A stretch of 64,000 bases of DNA from TPA_inf: Saccharomyces. Its lineage: Eukaryota. The stretch is taken from assembly GCA_000146045.2 (NCBI GenBank), contig BK006939.2, positions 448,001-512,000 on the forward strand, given 5' to 3'. Under the pieces are notes generated by a model that had not been told where the DNA came from, did no database searches, and was given only the letters and a program-made list of their open reading frames with translations. Below are positions 40,857 to 51,346 of this stretch, one piece after another. A program made the position numbers and the translations under genes. The number at the start of each line of letters is the position of its first letter. Position 1 is the stretch's first letter.

Positions 40857-42578
40857 TTATAAGTAGTAATGTGTATACTTAGCGCTATCCTGGTGAACGC
40901 GCATTTCCTTTCTTTTGAACTCATTCACCTCCATTTTGATTTCAATATTGGATATATTTTTTGTGGATGAGAGATTATTACCGACAAAAGTAGAAGGATT
41001 GGTAATGTCTTGGCTCTTTCCTTTAAAGAAATTATTCAAAAAGGTATTATCACACCTGCAATAGTCCGCGGCGGACCACGTATCGTTTACATAAATCTCA
41101 TCCGCAAAGCGTAAGGATTTGACGGCATTTTTAGATTTCGATGACCCTGAAGAAGGGGCAGGTGTTGGCGAAGAAGATATGGATTGCATTGGTCCACGGG
41201 AAACCAACGATGACGAGGACGAAGAAGAAGGAGCCGGCGATGATATTGAAGAGTTTATGAACGAAGAGTTCGCAGCATCAGTAGTGGTAGAGAGAGAAGA
41301 TGGCACAGAAGCAGTCAAAGGCAATTTGTTTAAATACACGGTAGACCATTCATCCTGCAAACGCTTTAAGAAAACGGTGCTCTTTTCCTCTGGAGCAATA
41401 TCTTCATTAGACGAATCTTGACTACAGTAGTATAACTTTGTAGTTCGTTTATCAGACAGTGTAGGTCTGTTTGGTGACCTAGGGGGTGGAAGAACTGGTA
41501 TCCTGTTATTATCTCCGAGTGCTGTCAATTCTTGTACTATGCCAGAGTCCTTAATTGAAGGTACAGCCGTTTCGTGATTGTTAACGGTTGAAAAACTCTG
41601 TTTTATAATTTCAACCGGTTGGTCAAGGGACGTTATCGGTTCTGGTACAACTCTCTCCGGATTTTTCCTTTTCTGCTTTGTTTTGCTATTCTCTTCTACG
41701 GAATCTGCAGAATTTGATGACTTGGACGACCAGATTTTCCTGAAGAAACGAGATATCTTTTTAGAATTTGATCTAATTGCCTTTGGAGACTCGGATTCAG
41801 ATTTCTGATTAGCATCAGCAGCTTTCGTTTGTTGAGGAGAACGATTGTTCGTGCCAGTGGCAATGGAATCGTTATCTGCGGAAGATGGGCCTCCAGTCTG
41901 GGTCAAAGGCAACGATGAACTAGAAGGAGAGTCGGGAAAAGTCGAAGATGGCGGAAGCCTTGCTATCTGGTTTCTTGGCGTGAAATTTTCACCGTTGGGG
42001 AATTGAAAAGCGCTTTTCATCTGCTTTCTTTGTAATTGGAAAGGAGTAAGTTCCTTCCTAACACGTGGATTAGAATAGGTAGGCGGGGATGATCGGAGAC
42101 TGTAGCGACTACCAGAGTACTTTTCGGGAATGGTCATTAAGGAGTGGCGTCTGGACGGGTTTGGTCTACAACGATATTGCGGGTGCGCATTGTGATCACT
42201 GGTAGTATGGTTGTTCATGTTCATGTTCATGTTCATGTTCATGTTCATATTCATATTCATATTCATATTCATGTTATCGTAGCGAGAGGGGCGATTTCTA
42301 GTTGAAGGCAGAGATGAAGTCGAGGAGGAAGCAAAGTTAGGTTTATTGTACTGGCGCATCGGTGCGCCATTACCATTATTGTCTGATCTATTAGCCACCA
42401 GAGTAGAGTGCCTCCTTGAGACGGTAGCATCCGGTATGTAGAACAGATCAATCGTAGACGCAGATCTAGCGTCCACAGCCCTAGGAATACTCAAAGAGTC
42501 TCTCCTTGAAGGAGAAGTGAGCGTGTGAAAATCATTACCATGCAAACTCCTCCTCGAGGAAGAACCCTGCTGTAACAT
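40857..42578 (-). CDS. YER158C: Ser/Pro/Asn-rich low-complexity protein YER158C, 573 aa, containing a (Met-Asn)n repeat.
   Basis: The 573-aa ORF contains NMNMNMNMNMNMNMNMNMNM, encoded by a hexanucleotide repeat at 42212-42276. Confidence 0.8.
   Translation of the reverse strand: MLQQGSSSRRSLHGNDFHTLTSPSRRDSLSIPRAVDARSASTIDLFYIPDATVSRRHSTLVANRSDNNGNGAPMRQYNKPNFASSSTSSLPSTRNRPSRYDNMNMNMNMNMNMNMNMNMNMNNHTTSDHNAHPQYRCRPNPSRRHSLMTIPEKYSGSRYSLRSSPPTYSNPRVRKELTPFQLQRKQMKSAFQFPNGENFTPRNQIARLPPSSTFPDSPSSSSLPLTQTGGPSSADNDSIATGTNNRSPQQTKAADANQKSESESPKAIRSNSKKISRFFRKIWSSKSSNSADSVEENSKTKQKRKNPERVVPEPITSLDQPVEIIKQSFSTVNNHETAVPSIKDSGIVQELTALGDNNRIPVLPPPRSPNRPTLSDKRTTKLYYCSQDSSNEDIAPEEKSTVFLKRLQDEWSTVYLNKLPLTASVPSSLSTTTDAANSSFINSSISSPAPSSSSSSSLVSRGPMQSISSSPTPAPSSGSSKSKNAVKSLRFADEIYVNDTWSAADYCRCDNTFLNNFFKGKSQDITNPSTFVGNNLSSTKNISNIEIKMEVNEFKRKEMRVHQDSAKYTHYYL
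42212..42276. repeat. Hexanucleotide microsatellite, (GTTCAT)6(ATTCAT)4, inside the YER158C coding sequence.
   Basis: About 11 tandem 6-bp units are visible in the sequence. On the coding (minus) strand they read (ATGAAC/ATGAAT)n, encoding Met-Asn repeats. Confidence 0.9.
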
Positions 42579-43529
42579 GCTGATTAAGAGTGAGTGGAAG
42601 TAGTAGCGAGCGGTGGTGGCTATGTGTTTAGCCTGGTAAAATGAATCCTATTGTGTCAGCACGGAAAAAACAACAATAGCAATAATATGACAATAAACAA
42701 GTATTTTGCCGTAGCTCTCCTTCAGTTATTTGATGATGAGTGTAAACAGATTACTGTATATAGAGCAGTAGTAAAGAAAGCTGAAGTCAAGTGCAGATGA
42801 AAGACAAATACAAAAGGAGTACGCCTGTATTATATTTCCAAGTGCGTAATTTTGAGGTATTAATATTAAGTAATTATCAGAAGCAAGAAGCCAACAACCA
42901 GACCGCTTGGGCTTAAACTAGCATATCAGCACAATCTGCAAGTATACATTTCTTTGGTGTCTCGAACGCAACGCGGTGCAAACCGCGAGAACCTTAACGA
43001 TTTTTCACACTCCTTCCTCCGTTGCTGCAAGAATCCTCGAGCTAGCCCTTCGTCCGCTTCCTTTGGCACTTGAAAGAAAAAATTAGCTTTTCTTTTTCCT
43101 CCTTTCTTTTTGTCTTTCTGGTGTAGGCACAGTTGGAAGGATGGGACACCTAAAAATCTTATTTAAGAAGTCACAGACGGTAACGCAGCGCCTCGTTTCT
43201 AAATCGTATAGCAGGCTGAGCGCCCGCACACCCACCTGCGGGAGTTACTCCGGGGATCGTATGGGGTGATGCATGCTCTTTCGTAAACCTTAAGAATAGC
43301 GTTAATTTTTTCCTAAATAGGAATACACATACTCATGCTATGTAACTGTAGAGAAAGGTACAGATTACATGAGGCGCCGGTTGTCGTTGATACATATGTG
43401 ATTACGTTTCGTCCTTGATAATAGAGTATAATATATATGTGCAGACATATATAGATATAAATACATTGGTATATGGATATATATAGATGTGGTATTCATT
43501 TTACACTAAGTTACATCGCCCCGTTCTGC

Positions 43530-43958
43530 TCAGGCACTCTCTTCCTCCGGTTGTGTTTGGCCTTCTTCTACGCATAGACCTTCCCTTAAGAAATCGAATT
43601 TTTCGTCGTTTAAAATTGTTTTTTTTAGTATTTCGGCGGTTATTCTCTTGGTTCCTTGTCCTCTTGCCATCTCCCCGCTTTTTTTCACCAATAACGCTAT
43701 AAAAAACTCTAGGGACCTGCCCGCTATTACGGGCGTGGCTTGTGAAACTTTTCCTATATCCTCGTCTGTCTGCATTATTTTCTTTACCTTGGCCGGAGGG
43801 AAGTGTGTCTTTATTCTGTCGAATACATCACCTAGCTCGTTGTTGTTATTCGAGTTGGTACCCATGTTACCTACTGGACTCCCTCCAGCATCAAGTGGTA
43901 CCTCATGTTCAGGTTTTATTGGTGGTAGTTGTGTTGTAACTGGTACTTGATCTGCCAT
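43530..43958 (-). CDS. BUR6: Negative cofactor 2 alpha subunit (histone-fold, binds TBP), Bur6, 142 aa.
   Basis: The 142-aa ORF (MADQVPVTTQLPPIKPEHEV...) has an H2A-like histone fold, AKVKKIMQTDEDIGKVSQATPVIAGRSLEFFIALLV. Confidence 0.9.
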   Translation of the reverse strand: MADQVPVTTQLPPIKPEHEVPLDAGGSPVGNMGTNSNNNNELGDVFDRIKTHFPPAKVKKIMQTDEDIGKVSQATPVIAGRSLEFFIALLVKKSGEMARGQGTKRITAEILKKTILNDEKFDFLREGLCVEEGQTQPEEESA

Positions 43959-44351
43959 TAAGAATGTAGTGATGAGTACTGTAACTGGTTTTATTTTTTT
44001 TTTTGAATTTTTATTTTCGTGACGTGCTTTTTTTTCCGTTTTTGGTTTTAATGCCCCAAAATAAAATAATCCCCTTTTGTATACGTTTTTCTTTGCCTGC
44101 CTTTTTATTTCTCAGTGCATTGCCCTTTCTTTCGCAAATTCATGTGTTTTAAGGGTAATAGGAAATATCACGCTACCTGACAAAAAAAAAAAAAATTAAT
44201 TTTGGCCTGGAAAATTCTTCTCCTTAAATACAAAAAGATTCTTTTTTATAGAATGTCATAATTCACGAACAGTTAAAAAAATATAAACACACAACGTAAC
44301 ACAGATGCCGGGTTACGATATCCGAAAAAGTTGATTAAAAGAAAAATAATC

Positions 44352-44424
44352 CTTCCCCGCCAGGACTTGAACCTGGAATCTTCTGGTTCGTAGCCAGACG
44401 CCGTGACCATTGGGCCACGAGGAA
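44352..44424 (-). tRNA. tR(ACG): tRNA-Arg (anticodon ACG), 73 nt.
   Basis: The reverse complement is TTCCTCGTGGCCCAATGGTCACGGCGTCTGGCTACGAACCAGAAGATTCCAGGTTCAAGTCCTGGCGGGGAAG, with anticodon loop CTACGAA and B box GGTTCAAGTCC. The sigma LTR ends about 14 nt upstream of its 5' end. Confidence 0.93.
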
Positions 44425-44438
44425 TAGGATGTTCAGTG

Positions 44439-44695
44439 TGTTGTATTACGGGCTCGAGTAATACCGGAGTGTCTTGACAATCCTAATATAAACAGTCTTA
44501 GGGAAGTAACCAGTTGTCAAAACAGTTTATCAGATTAATTCACGGAATGTTACTTATCTTATATATTATATAAAATATGAATCATACTAAGTGGTGGAAG
44601 CGCGGAATCTCGGATCTAAACTAATTGTTCAGGCATTTATACTTTTGGGTAGTTCAGCTAGGGAAGGACGGGTTTTGTCTCATGTTGTTCGTTTT
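44439..44695 (-). repeat. Ty3 sigma LTR, 3' portion (about 257 bp), next to tRNA-Arg. It is interrupted by the Ty1 insertion.
   Basis: The reverse complement matches the sigma consensus: AAAACGAACAACATGAGACAAAACCCGTCCTTCCCTAGCTGAACTACCC ... CGAGCCCGTAATACAACA. Confidence 0.85.
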
Positions 44696-44831
44696 TCAAT
44701 CCTTGCGTTTCAGCTTCCTCTAACATCGATGACAGCTTCTCATAACTTATGTCATCATCTTAACACCGTATATGATAATATATTGATAATATAACTATTA
44801 GTTGATAGACGATAGTGGATTTTTATTCCAA
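44696..44831 (-). repeat. Ty1 3' LTR, truncated. Only about 136 bp of the U3-proximal part remain.
   Basis: It aligns to 50286..50421 of the 5' LTR and ends TATTCCAACA. The R-U5 part (TGAGA...) is absent, and the sigma sequence abuts directly. Confidence 0.7.
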
Positions 44832-44855
44832 CATACCACCCATAATGTAATAGAT

Positions 44856-47800
44856 CTAATGAATCCATTTGTTTGTTAATAGTTTGAATGTTTTTATCGG
44901 AAGAGGTTTGGTCATTACGTCTGCAATATTCTTTTTGGTTTCGATATAGCATACGTGCAGATGATTTCCTGATACTTCATCTCTTAGTCTCATTGCTTTA
45001 GTACCAAAAAATCTGTTTCTAAATTTCTCTTCATTATTGGATATAATTATACTGATTGTAGATTTACTGTCGGTTAGTAATCCTTTAGTAATTGGTTTCT
45101 TGTTAAGTTCTTGCACAAGGTGACTGAGGTTATTTAATAATGGGACAGATTCACTTATCGCGTGTATTTCTGCTTCCGTAGTTGAAGTACATGTTAATGA
45201 AGCCTTGGTGGACTTTCCTCCAATTACTTTTCCATTAAGTAAATATATGTTGCCAATTTGTGATTTATAATACGGTTGGTTACCATACGATGCATCGCTT
45301 ATAACAACTAATTTATTTGTTGGCTTAACAGGTTTGCTTTTGTGCCATATTAATTGCTTATCTCTCGTATTCCATATGAACTGTATCAATTCATATGTCA
45401 TATCTAACACTTGCTTGGACGGAAATAGTATATGTTGTGCAAGTGTGTTGATGTAGTATAATAGGTCAAATCTAAATTTATATCCAACATATGATGCTAG
45501 ACCTATCAGCTTTTGCATTTCATGTACCTTCATTTTGTAATCATCTTCTTCTAGCTCTAGTTCTTGCTGGTCTATATATAGACCTGGTTGACCTGGAGCG
45601 CTAAGTTTCCTTCCTTTTGGGTTCAAAGGTACGTTTAGTTTGGGTATTTTTTCAGTTAATGAGTTTTCCATACCTAATTTCATGTATTTACCTCTTTGAT
45701 ATTTGATTTCTAAGCCAAGTATGTCGTACTGAATTTCGTTATCACTTTCACCCAGATTTATTATCTTTGTATCGTATTGTTTCTTGAGTGTTGTTATGAT
45801 TTTCTTATTTGCATTTAAGTCTTTGCTGAACAATATCATATCATCAACGAATAAGCAAATTGTTACTTGACTATTCTTAAATACGCATGACCATCCACGA
45901 ACTTCTTCCATACCACACTGTTTTATCAGGTATGATTTGATAGTTTCGTACCAGTTCGCTCCACTTTGTTTCAATCCATAAAGTGATTTCTTCAAACGTA
46001 TTAACTTATCATTCATTCCTAAATGTGGTGGAGGTCTTATGTATAGTTCTTCTTTGATGTCTGCATACAAATATGCCGAAGATATGTCTAATTGTGTAAT
46101 ATAGTAGTTATTGTCTAATGCAAGTGACAGGGATGTCATTAATGCATAGTGATGTACGGTATTGGATTGCATGCCTGGGTCGTAAGTGTCAGGATGTTGA
46201 ATATCACCTCTTGCAACAAATCTAGCTTTATGAGTACCGTCACGTTTCCTGTTAAAGATAAACATTGAATTTATTACTCTTTTGGGGTCTATTTCTTTTC
46301 TGTCATAATATCTGTCAGTGTCCCAAGTTTTCATCTTCAACAGTTGATTGACTTCTTTGTGGTATGCCTGGATATATTTTTCTTTTTCTTTAATATCTTT
46401 ATTATAGGTGATTGCCTCATCGTATCGTAAGGTTGTTCGTATTGGTTTGATTGATTTTACTGCTTTTACAGCTGCAATCAGGTGAATTCGTTTCTTCGAT
46501 CTCGGAGGTTCTAAACTACGCATATTCTTAGTATTCCATGTGTCTCGTGATACCTTAATTTCAGTTTCATTATCTTCTAATGATCTTTTCTTACTGTTGA
46601 TAGTAGTATAGGCATTAGAGTCACCAATACCACCCAAACTGGAATTAGTTTGATGAGAATTTATCGGTGGGAGTTCTTTAAAGGAGTCTGATAATTCGGT
46701 AGGAGGTTCTGGAGGCAGATCGGGGAGTGGAAGATCAGCGATAATAGATTCCTCTGTATTCTCCTTAGGACAGGTATCTGACGTTTTGATAGGAACGACG
46801 TGGTGTAGTGAATTACTTTCTGATGAGGAAGTATCGATCGAAGGTGAACGGTGTATGATCCTTTTCTCAGTCTCCTGTTCGCTTGTCTGCGGAACAGTTT
46901 TATTATTGGTACCACCCGTACTGGATATTGGTACGTTTGTATGATTAGTCTCATTGTCACTGTACGAGTCTGAGTGTCTGAAATCTTTAGATTTACTGGC
47001 GTGCGACGACTCATGTGTGTTAGATTGGGACATGGGAGCAAGTAAAGGAACATCTAATCTATGCATACCACCCGAACCGGTACTCTCGATATCGGAAATT
47101 TGGGGGGTGCTAGATCTCTTCTTAGATGGAAGAATATTAGATTCAGATATGTTGGGGTCAACTTCTCTGGGTGCGCGAATATTGGTTTTGGAAACACGTT
47201 TCGAATCTTCAGTATGAGTTGACGGAGGTGTGGAATCGGTTGGACTCACAGCTTTTGAAAGGACATTTCTCAGTTGCTCAGGATGTAGTTCAATGTCAGA
47301 TTGGAAGTCATGGTCAGATTCTATGTTAAGATCATTGGATTGTTGGATCTCATTTGACGCAATGAACGAATGATATGAAGCAGTTAAACGGTTTAAGTCT
47401 TCATCGAAAGTGAGTGCGTCGTAATTGAATTGATCTAATCTGGATTCCTTGCCCTGAAGAATAACATAGTTAGTTGTATCTACTGTCTTCTTTAAGGACG
47501 GAAGATAGATGATATATCCATAAGAGTTTCGAGACGGATGTAGAGCGTAGCCTGGGATGCCACGAGGATGTATTTTGGAGTTAGGGTTGTGATCATTGAC
47601 GATAACAGGTTGACCGAAAGGTAACAAAGTACTGATATCAAGTCCTGCCAAGCCAGCATGTTGTCTTGCAGATTTTTTGCTTTTAGGTGAAGCTAGTGAA
47701 TTTCTCACAATAGTAGAAAATTCGATTGCAGAGAACCATAAATGGTTCGGTAAACCACTACATTGCAGTTGAGTACGGCAGTCATCTAATAAGGTACGGT

Positions 47801-48822
47801 TGAGCCGTTCAGCGACTCCATGTGCTCGGGAATCCGCTGTGGTTGTATAGCATGGAGTTATACCATTTTTTTCAAGGAATTTATGGAGAGTTCTGTTAGT
47901 ATACTCAGAACCACGGTCCATTTGTATAACCAAGACACTGGCCTGAAACTGGTTTTTAATAAAAGCTAGTATCGTAGTAAAAACATCGAGGATAGAGTCC
48001 TCGCGACGGTCGTGTAATGGATAAACCCAACGGAATTTTGTTGTCTCATCAGTAAATGAGATGAAATAGGATGGTGCACTTTTTGGTAGGTTGTGAACTG
48101 GACCAAATATGTCAGTATGTAGGTATTGAAAGGGTTCGTATGAATTTTGGTATTTTAGTCGTGAACCTTTGATATGTCTGTGTTTGGTGCTTTTGCCGAT
48201 TAAACAATCAGGACATTGATAGTCAATAGCACTAGACCAGTCGACATCTGATTCGTTAAAATACGTGATGGTGTTATTTTTAAGTGAGTATCGAATTGTC
48301 TGTGCATTGGCATGTGCAAGCATTCGATGAATGAAAGGATAAGGATATTTGCGTGTACTTTCACTTGTATGGACATTATTGATGGTGGGTACGGAGATAT
48401 TTGATGGAAGCAAGTACTTTTTAGATACCCAGTAAAAGTCTCCATATTTTACGATAGGTGCAAGTACAGTGCCGTCAGACCGTTCTAAGACGTTTTTGGT
48501 AAAGCATGCTGTGATATCTACTGCAGCCAATTCATTCAAACTGAGTAAGTCATAGGCTATGTTAGGAGTGTGCAATACCTTTATTGATGTTTTGGTGTTG
48601 TCCTGGAAGTGAAATTGTAGGTCACCAATAGCGTTAATTGGTATATTTCTTTTTTGAGCATCAACTACGTTTATGTCAGGATTAGATGATGCTGAGTGTA
48701 TGTGATGAGCAGATCTTATAAGGGTTCGTGATGCTCCTGAATCGAGAAGGAGGTGTCCAGGGAGTTCATCATCAGAATGATTAGTATGATTTACTGTAGA
48801 TTCAGTAAGTTTCTGGCCTAAG
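44856..48822 (-). CDS. TYB: Ty1 TYB (Pol: protease, integrase, reverse transcriptase/RNase H), expressed as a TYA-TYB fusion by +1 ribosomal frameshift.
   Basis: The long ORF is in the +1 frame relative to TYA. It contains integrase zinc-finger and DDE motifs, an RT YXDD motif (FVDDM) and an RNase H region. The ORF-track Met-start fragment is 44856..48575. I set the upstream boundary at the frameshift site. Confidence 0.85.
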
Positions 48823-50124
48823 ATGAAGGTCGTGCTTATTGTTCAATTGAATCGGTTCAGTAGTTGATTTACTGATGGAATCGTTGTCCGTGCTGGGAGA
48901 GTTATTAGATGTGGATACATTGTGAGCCCTGGCTGTTTTCGATTTCGAATTATTTGTTTTTTGAGGATTCCGAGCTATAACTTTGGGTTTGGTTGTATTC
49001 GTATAGCTGCGAGAATCATTCTTCTCATCACTCGGATTTCTCCTGTAATTAGGTTTGCTGTTTCTCGATCCCTGTTGTTCTTCATAAATAGCATGGATAT
49101 CTAAGAACAGTTCAGCGACTGTCATATTTAGATGTCGATGACGTGTGTAGCGTAAAAATTTATATTCGCCAGATAGACCTCTCATAATTAATTGGCATGC
49201 GACCTTGTTATTGATATGAATGCCATTATTGTTCAGTCTGTCGATAATGTTTGTGACTTTTGTTTCAAATGCATCTGCAGGTGTACTGCCATTATATTGC
49301 AAATTTGCCAGGGTCACAATGTCGTTTGCCTCTTGGGTATCAGATTGCATTTTTTCAATACTTTTGGAAAGAATTTTCATGATATCCGTATAATCAACGG
49401 ATAGGATGTCTTTGACCCAGGTAGGTAGGAATTGAGAGGGAGCAAATATTTGAAAAGTGTTATACAAGAAGGTGAGTTCATCATCAGTGATCTGACGTAC
49501 GGGTTTTCCGTTTACTGTCGGAATAATACCACCGAGATTCGAGTTTTGTAAAAATTTGATGTATGTTTTAACCCAATTTGGAAAATCATTAGGTGAGGTT
49601 AACATTGGTGGTGGTCTGACATATTTTTTAGTGGATGTCATATCAGAGTCCGCTGAGGATGAATCAGTAAATGTATTACCTGACTCAGGTGATGGAGTGC
49701 TCAGAGGCGTTCCAACTGATGATGGATACTGCGGAAACTGTGATTGTGGCCCAGGTGGAAAGTACATAGGCGACATTTGATAAGGTGTATACGGAATCAT
49801 AGATGGGTGTCCGTAAAATGACCAACCAGATGGATTGGCTTGGTTTTGGGTCATCATGCACTGCTGTGGGTACGGCCCATTCTGTGGAGGTGGTACTGAA
49901 GCAGGTTGAGGAGAGGCATGATGGGGGTTCTCTGGAACAGCTGATGAAGCAGGTGTTGTTGTCTGTTGAGAGTTAGCCTTAGTGGAAGCCTTATCATATT
50001 CTTGAATTTTGGAAGCTGAAACGTCTAACGGATCTTGATTTGTGTGGACTTCCTTAGAAGTAACCGAAGCACAGGCGCTACCATGAGATATATGTGGGTA
50101 ATTAGATAATTGTTGGGATTCCAT
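48802..50124 (-). CDS. TYA: Ty1 TYA (Gag), 440 aa.
   Basis: A 440-aa ORF starting [26 protein letters not shown]. It ends just past the frameshift heptamer. Confidence 0.93.
   Translation of the reverse strand: MESQQLSNYPHISHGSACASVTSKEVHTNQDPLDVSASKIQEYDKASTKANSQQTTTPASSAVPENPHHASPQPASVPPPQNGPYPQQCMMTQNQANPSGWSFYGHPSMIPYTPYQMSPMYFPPGPQSQFPQYPSSVGTPLSTPSPESGNTFTDSSSADSDMTSTKKYVRPPPMLTSPNDFPNWVKTYIKFLQNSNLGGIIPTVNGKPVRQITDDELTFLYNTFQIFAPSQFLPTWVKDILSVDYTDIMKILSKSIEKMQSDTQEANDIVTLANLQYNGSTPADAFETKVTNIIDRLNNNGIHINNKVACQLIMRGLSGEYKFLRYTRHRHLNMTVAELFLDIHAIYEEQQGSRNSKPNYRRNPSDEKNDSRSYTNTTKPKVIARNPQKTNNSKSKTARAHNVSTSNNSPSTDNDSISKSTTEPIQLNNKHDLHLRPETY
48816..48822 (-). other. Ty1 +1 programmed frameshift heptamer CUU-AGG-C.
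   Basis: GCCTAAG on the plus strand is CTTAGGC on the minus strand. It sits in the 38-nt TYA/TYB overlap, immediately upstream of the TYA stop. Confidence 0.85.
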
Positions 50125-50421
50125 TGTTGATAAAGGCTATAATATTAGGTATACAGAATATACTAGAAGTTCTCCTCGAGGATATAGGAATCCTCAAAAT
50201 GGGATCTATATTTCTACATACTAATATTACGATTATTCCTCATTCCGTTTTATATGTTTATATTCATTGATCCTATTACATTATCAATCCTTGCGTTTCA
50301 GCTTCCTCTAACATCGATGACAGCTTCTCATAACTTATGTCATCATCTTAACACCGTATATGATAATATATTGATAATATAACTATTAGTTGATAGACGA
50401 TAGTGGATTTTTATTCCAACA
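50085..50421 (-). repeat. Ty1 5' LTR of copy 2 (337 bp).
   Basis: It runs TGAGATATATGTGGGTAATTAGATAATTGTTGGGATTCCATTG ... TATTCCAACA. Confidence 0.9.
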
Positions 50422-50510
50422 GTTTTGTTATAAGGTTGTTTCATATGTGTTTTATGAACGTTTAGGATGACGTATTGTCATACTGACGTATCTCATTTTG
50501 AGATACAACA
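50422..50510 (-). repeat. Ty3 sigma LTR, 5' portion (about 89 bp), on the far side of the Ty1 insertion.
   Basis: The reverse complement reads TGTTGTATCTCAAAATGAGATACGTCAGTATGACAATACGTCATCCTAAACGTTCATAAAACACATATGAAACAACCTTATAACAAAAC. Both halves share the 5-bp GTTTT/AAAAC at the junction, which is the target-site duplication. Confidence 0.85.
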
Positions 50511-51346
50511 CAGTGGGCTAAGAATATACAACCGTTTTAGTCAATGTGTTGAAATATCATATTTTAATGCATTGCTCGAATCTCTTCCTTCGACTTACTT
50601 ATATTGATTAAGGGTATGTATTTGATCCTTCCACCTGGAAAAACTGAGGACCTTACAGTGTTATTAAGTGTATGATGTATCACTGTCGTTGTAGTATTTC
50701 TCGGGAAGTTTTTCACTGGCAATTGGAGGTTGCTAGAGTTTCTTTTAACGCATACCCTAAACGCTTGTTTCTATTTTAATGACTACTTGAATCCTATCTA
50801 ACTGGTGACACAATTTGTTTCATTTTTTAATATCTCACCTAATATATCCTAATAATATGAACATACCATAGCTCTTGTAAAGCTGGTCCATATTTATGTT
50901 TAGTTTCCGAATGCTTTTGTAAGGAAACGGGTTGTGGAAAAAAAAAAATACAACTACGTTGCCGCGAATCTTGTTGAAAAAGGTCTCAAATTAAGGCAAA
51001 AATGATACTGGAATTGTTAGTCTTGTATAATCGATCAACTGCAACAACCAAGTCTTTAAATTTTCAGTCCGTCTTGAAAGAATAGTGAAGGTTCATTTTT
51101 ATTTTTACATAGTAAAGTTTATAGAATTATGGGCGATACACAATATAAATGTTCTAACCCAACTGATGCATATCATCACTGTACGTTTGAAAATCGGACA
51201 GGCAAACTGGATAAATGGAAAACGCAATTACAAAGGGTATGAAAATGAATGTAAGAAGTGAAACAGTGCCTCGAAACAGTTCCCAAACTCTCTACGACTT
51301 CATTAGTCATTTCACGTCCATATATCAAAACATATATCAATATTCC

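Larger units (their letters stand above)
44696..50421 (-). mobile_element. Ty1 retrotransposon copy 2, inserted into the sigma element. Its 5' LTR is complete and its 3' LTR is truncated.
   Basis: It has TYA and TYB ORFs, a 337-bp 5' LTR at 50085..50421, a 5-bp TSD GTTTT at 44691-44695 and 50422-50426, and an element length of about 5.73 kb. Confidence 0.9.

Noticed and set aside
43959-44351. A-tracts and T-tracts (A14 at 44181, T-rich 43990-44050) as a distinct element.
   Set aside because: They are consistent with ordinary yeast promoter poly(dA:dT) nucleosome-excluding tracts between BUR6 and the tRNA. They are not a distinct feature.
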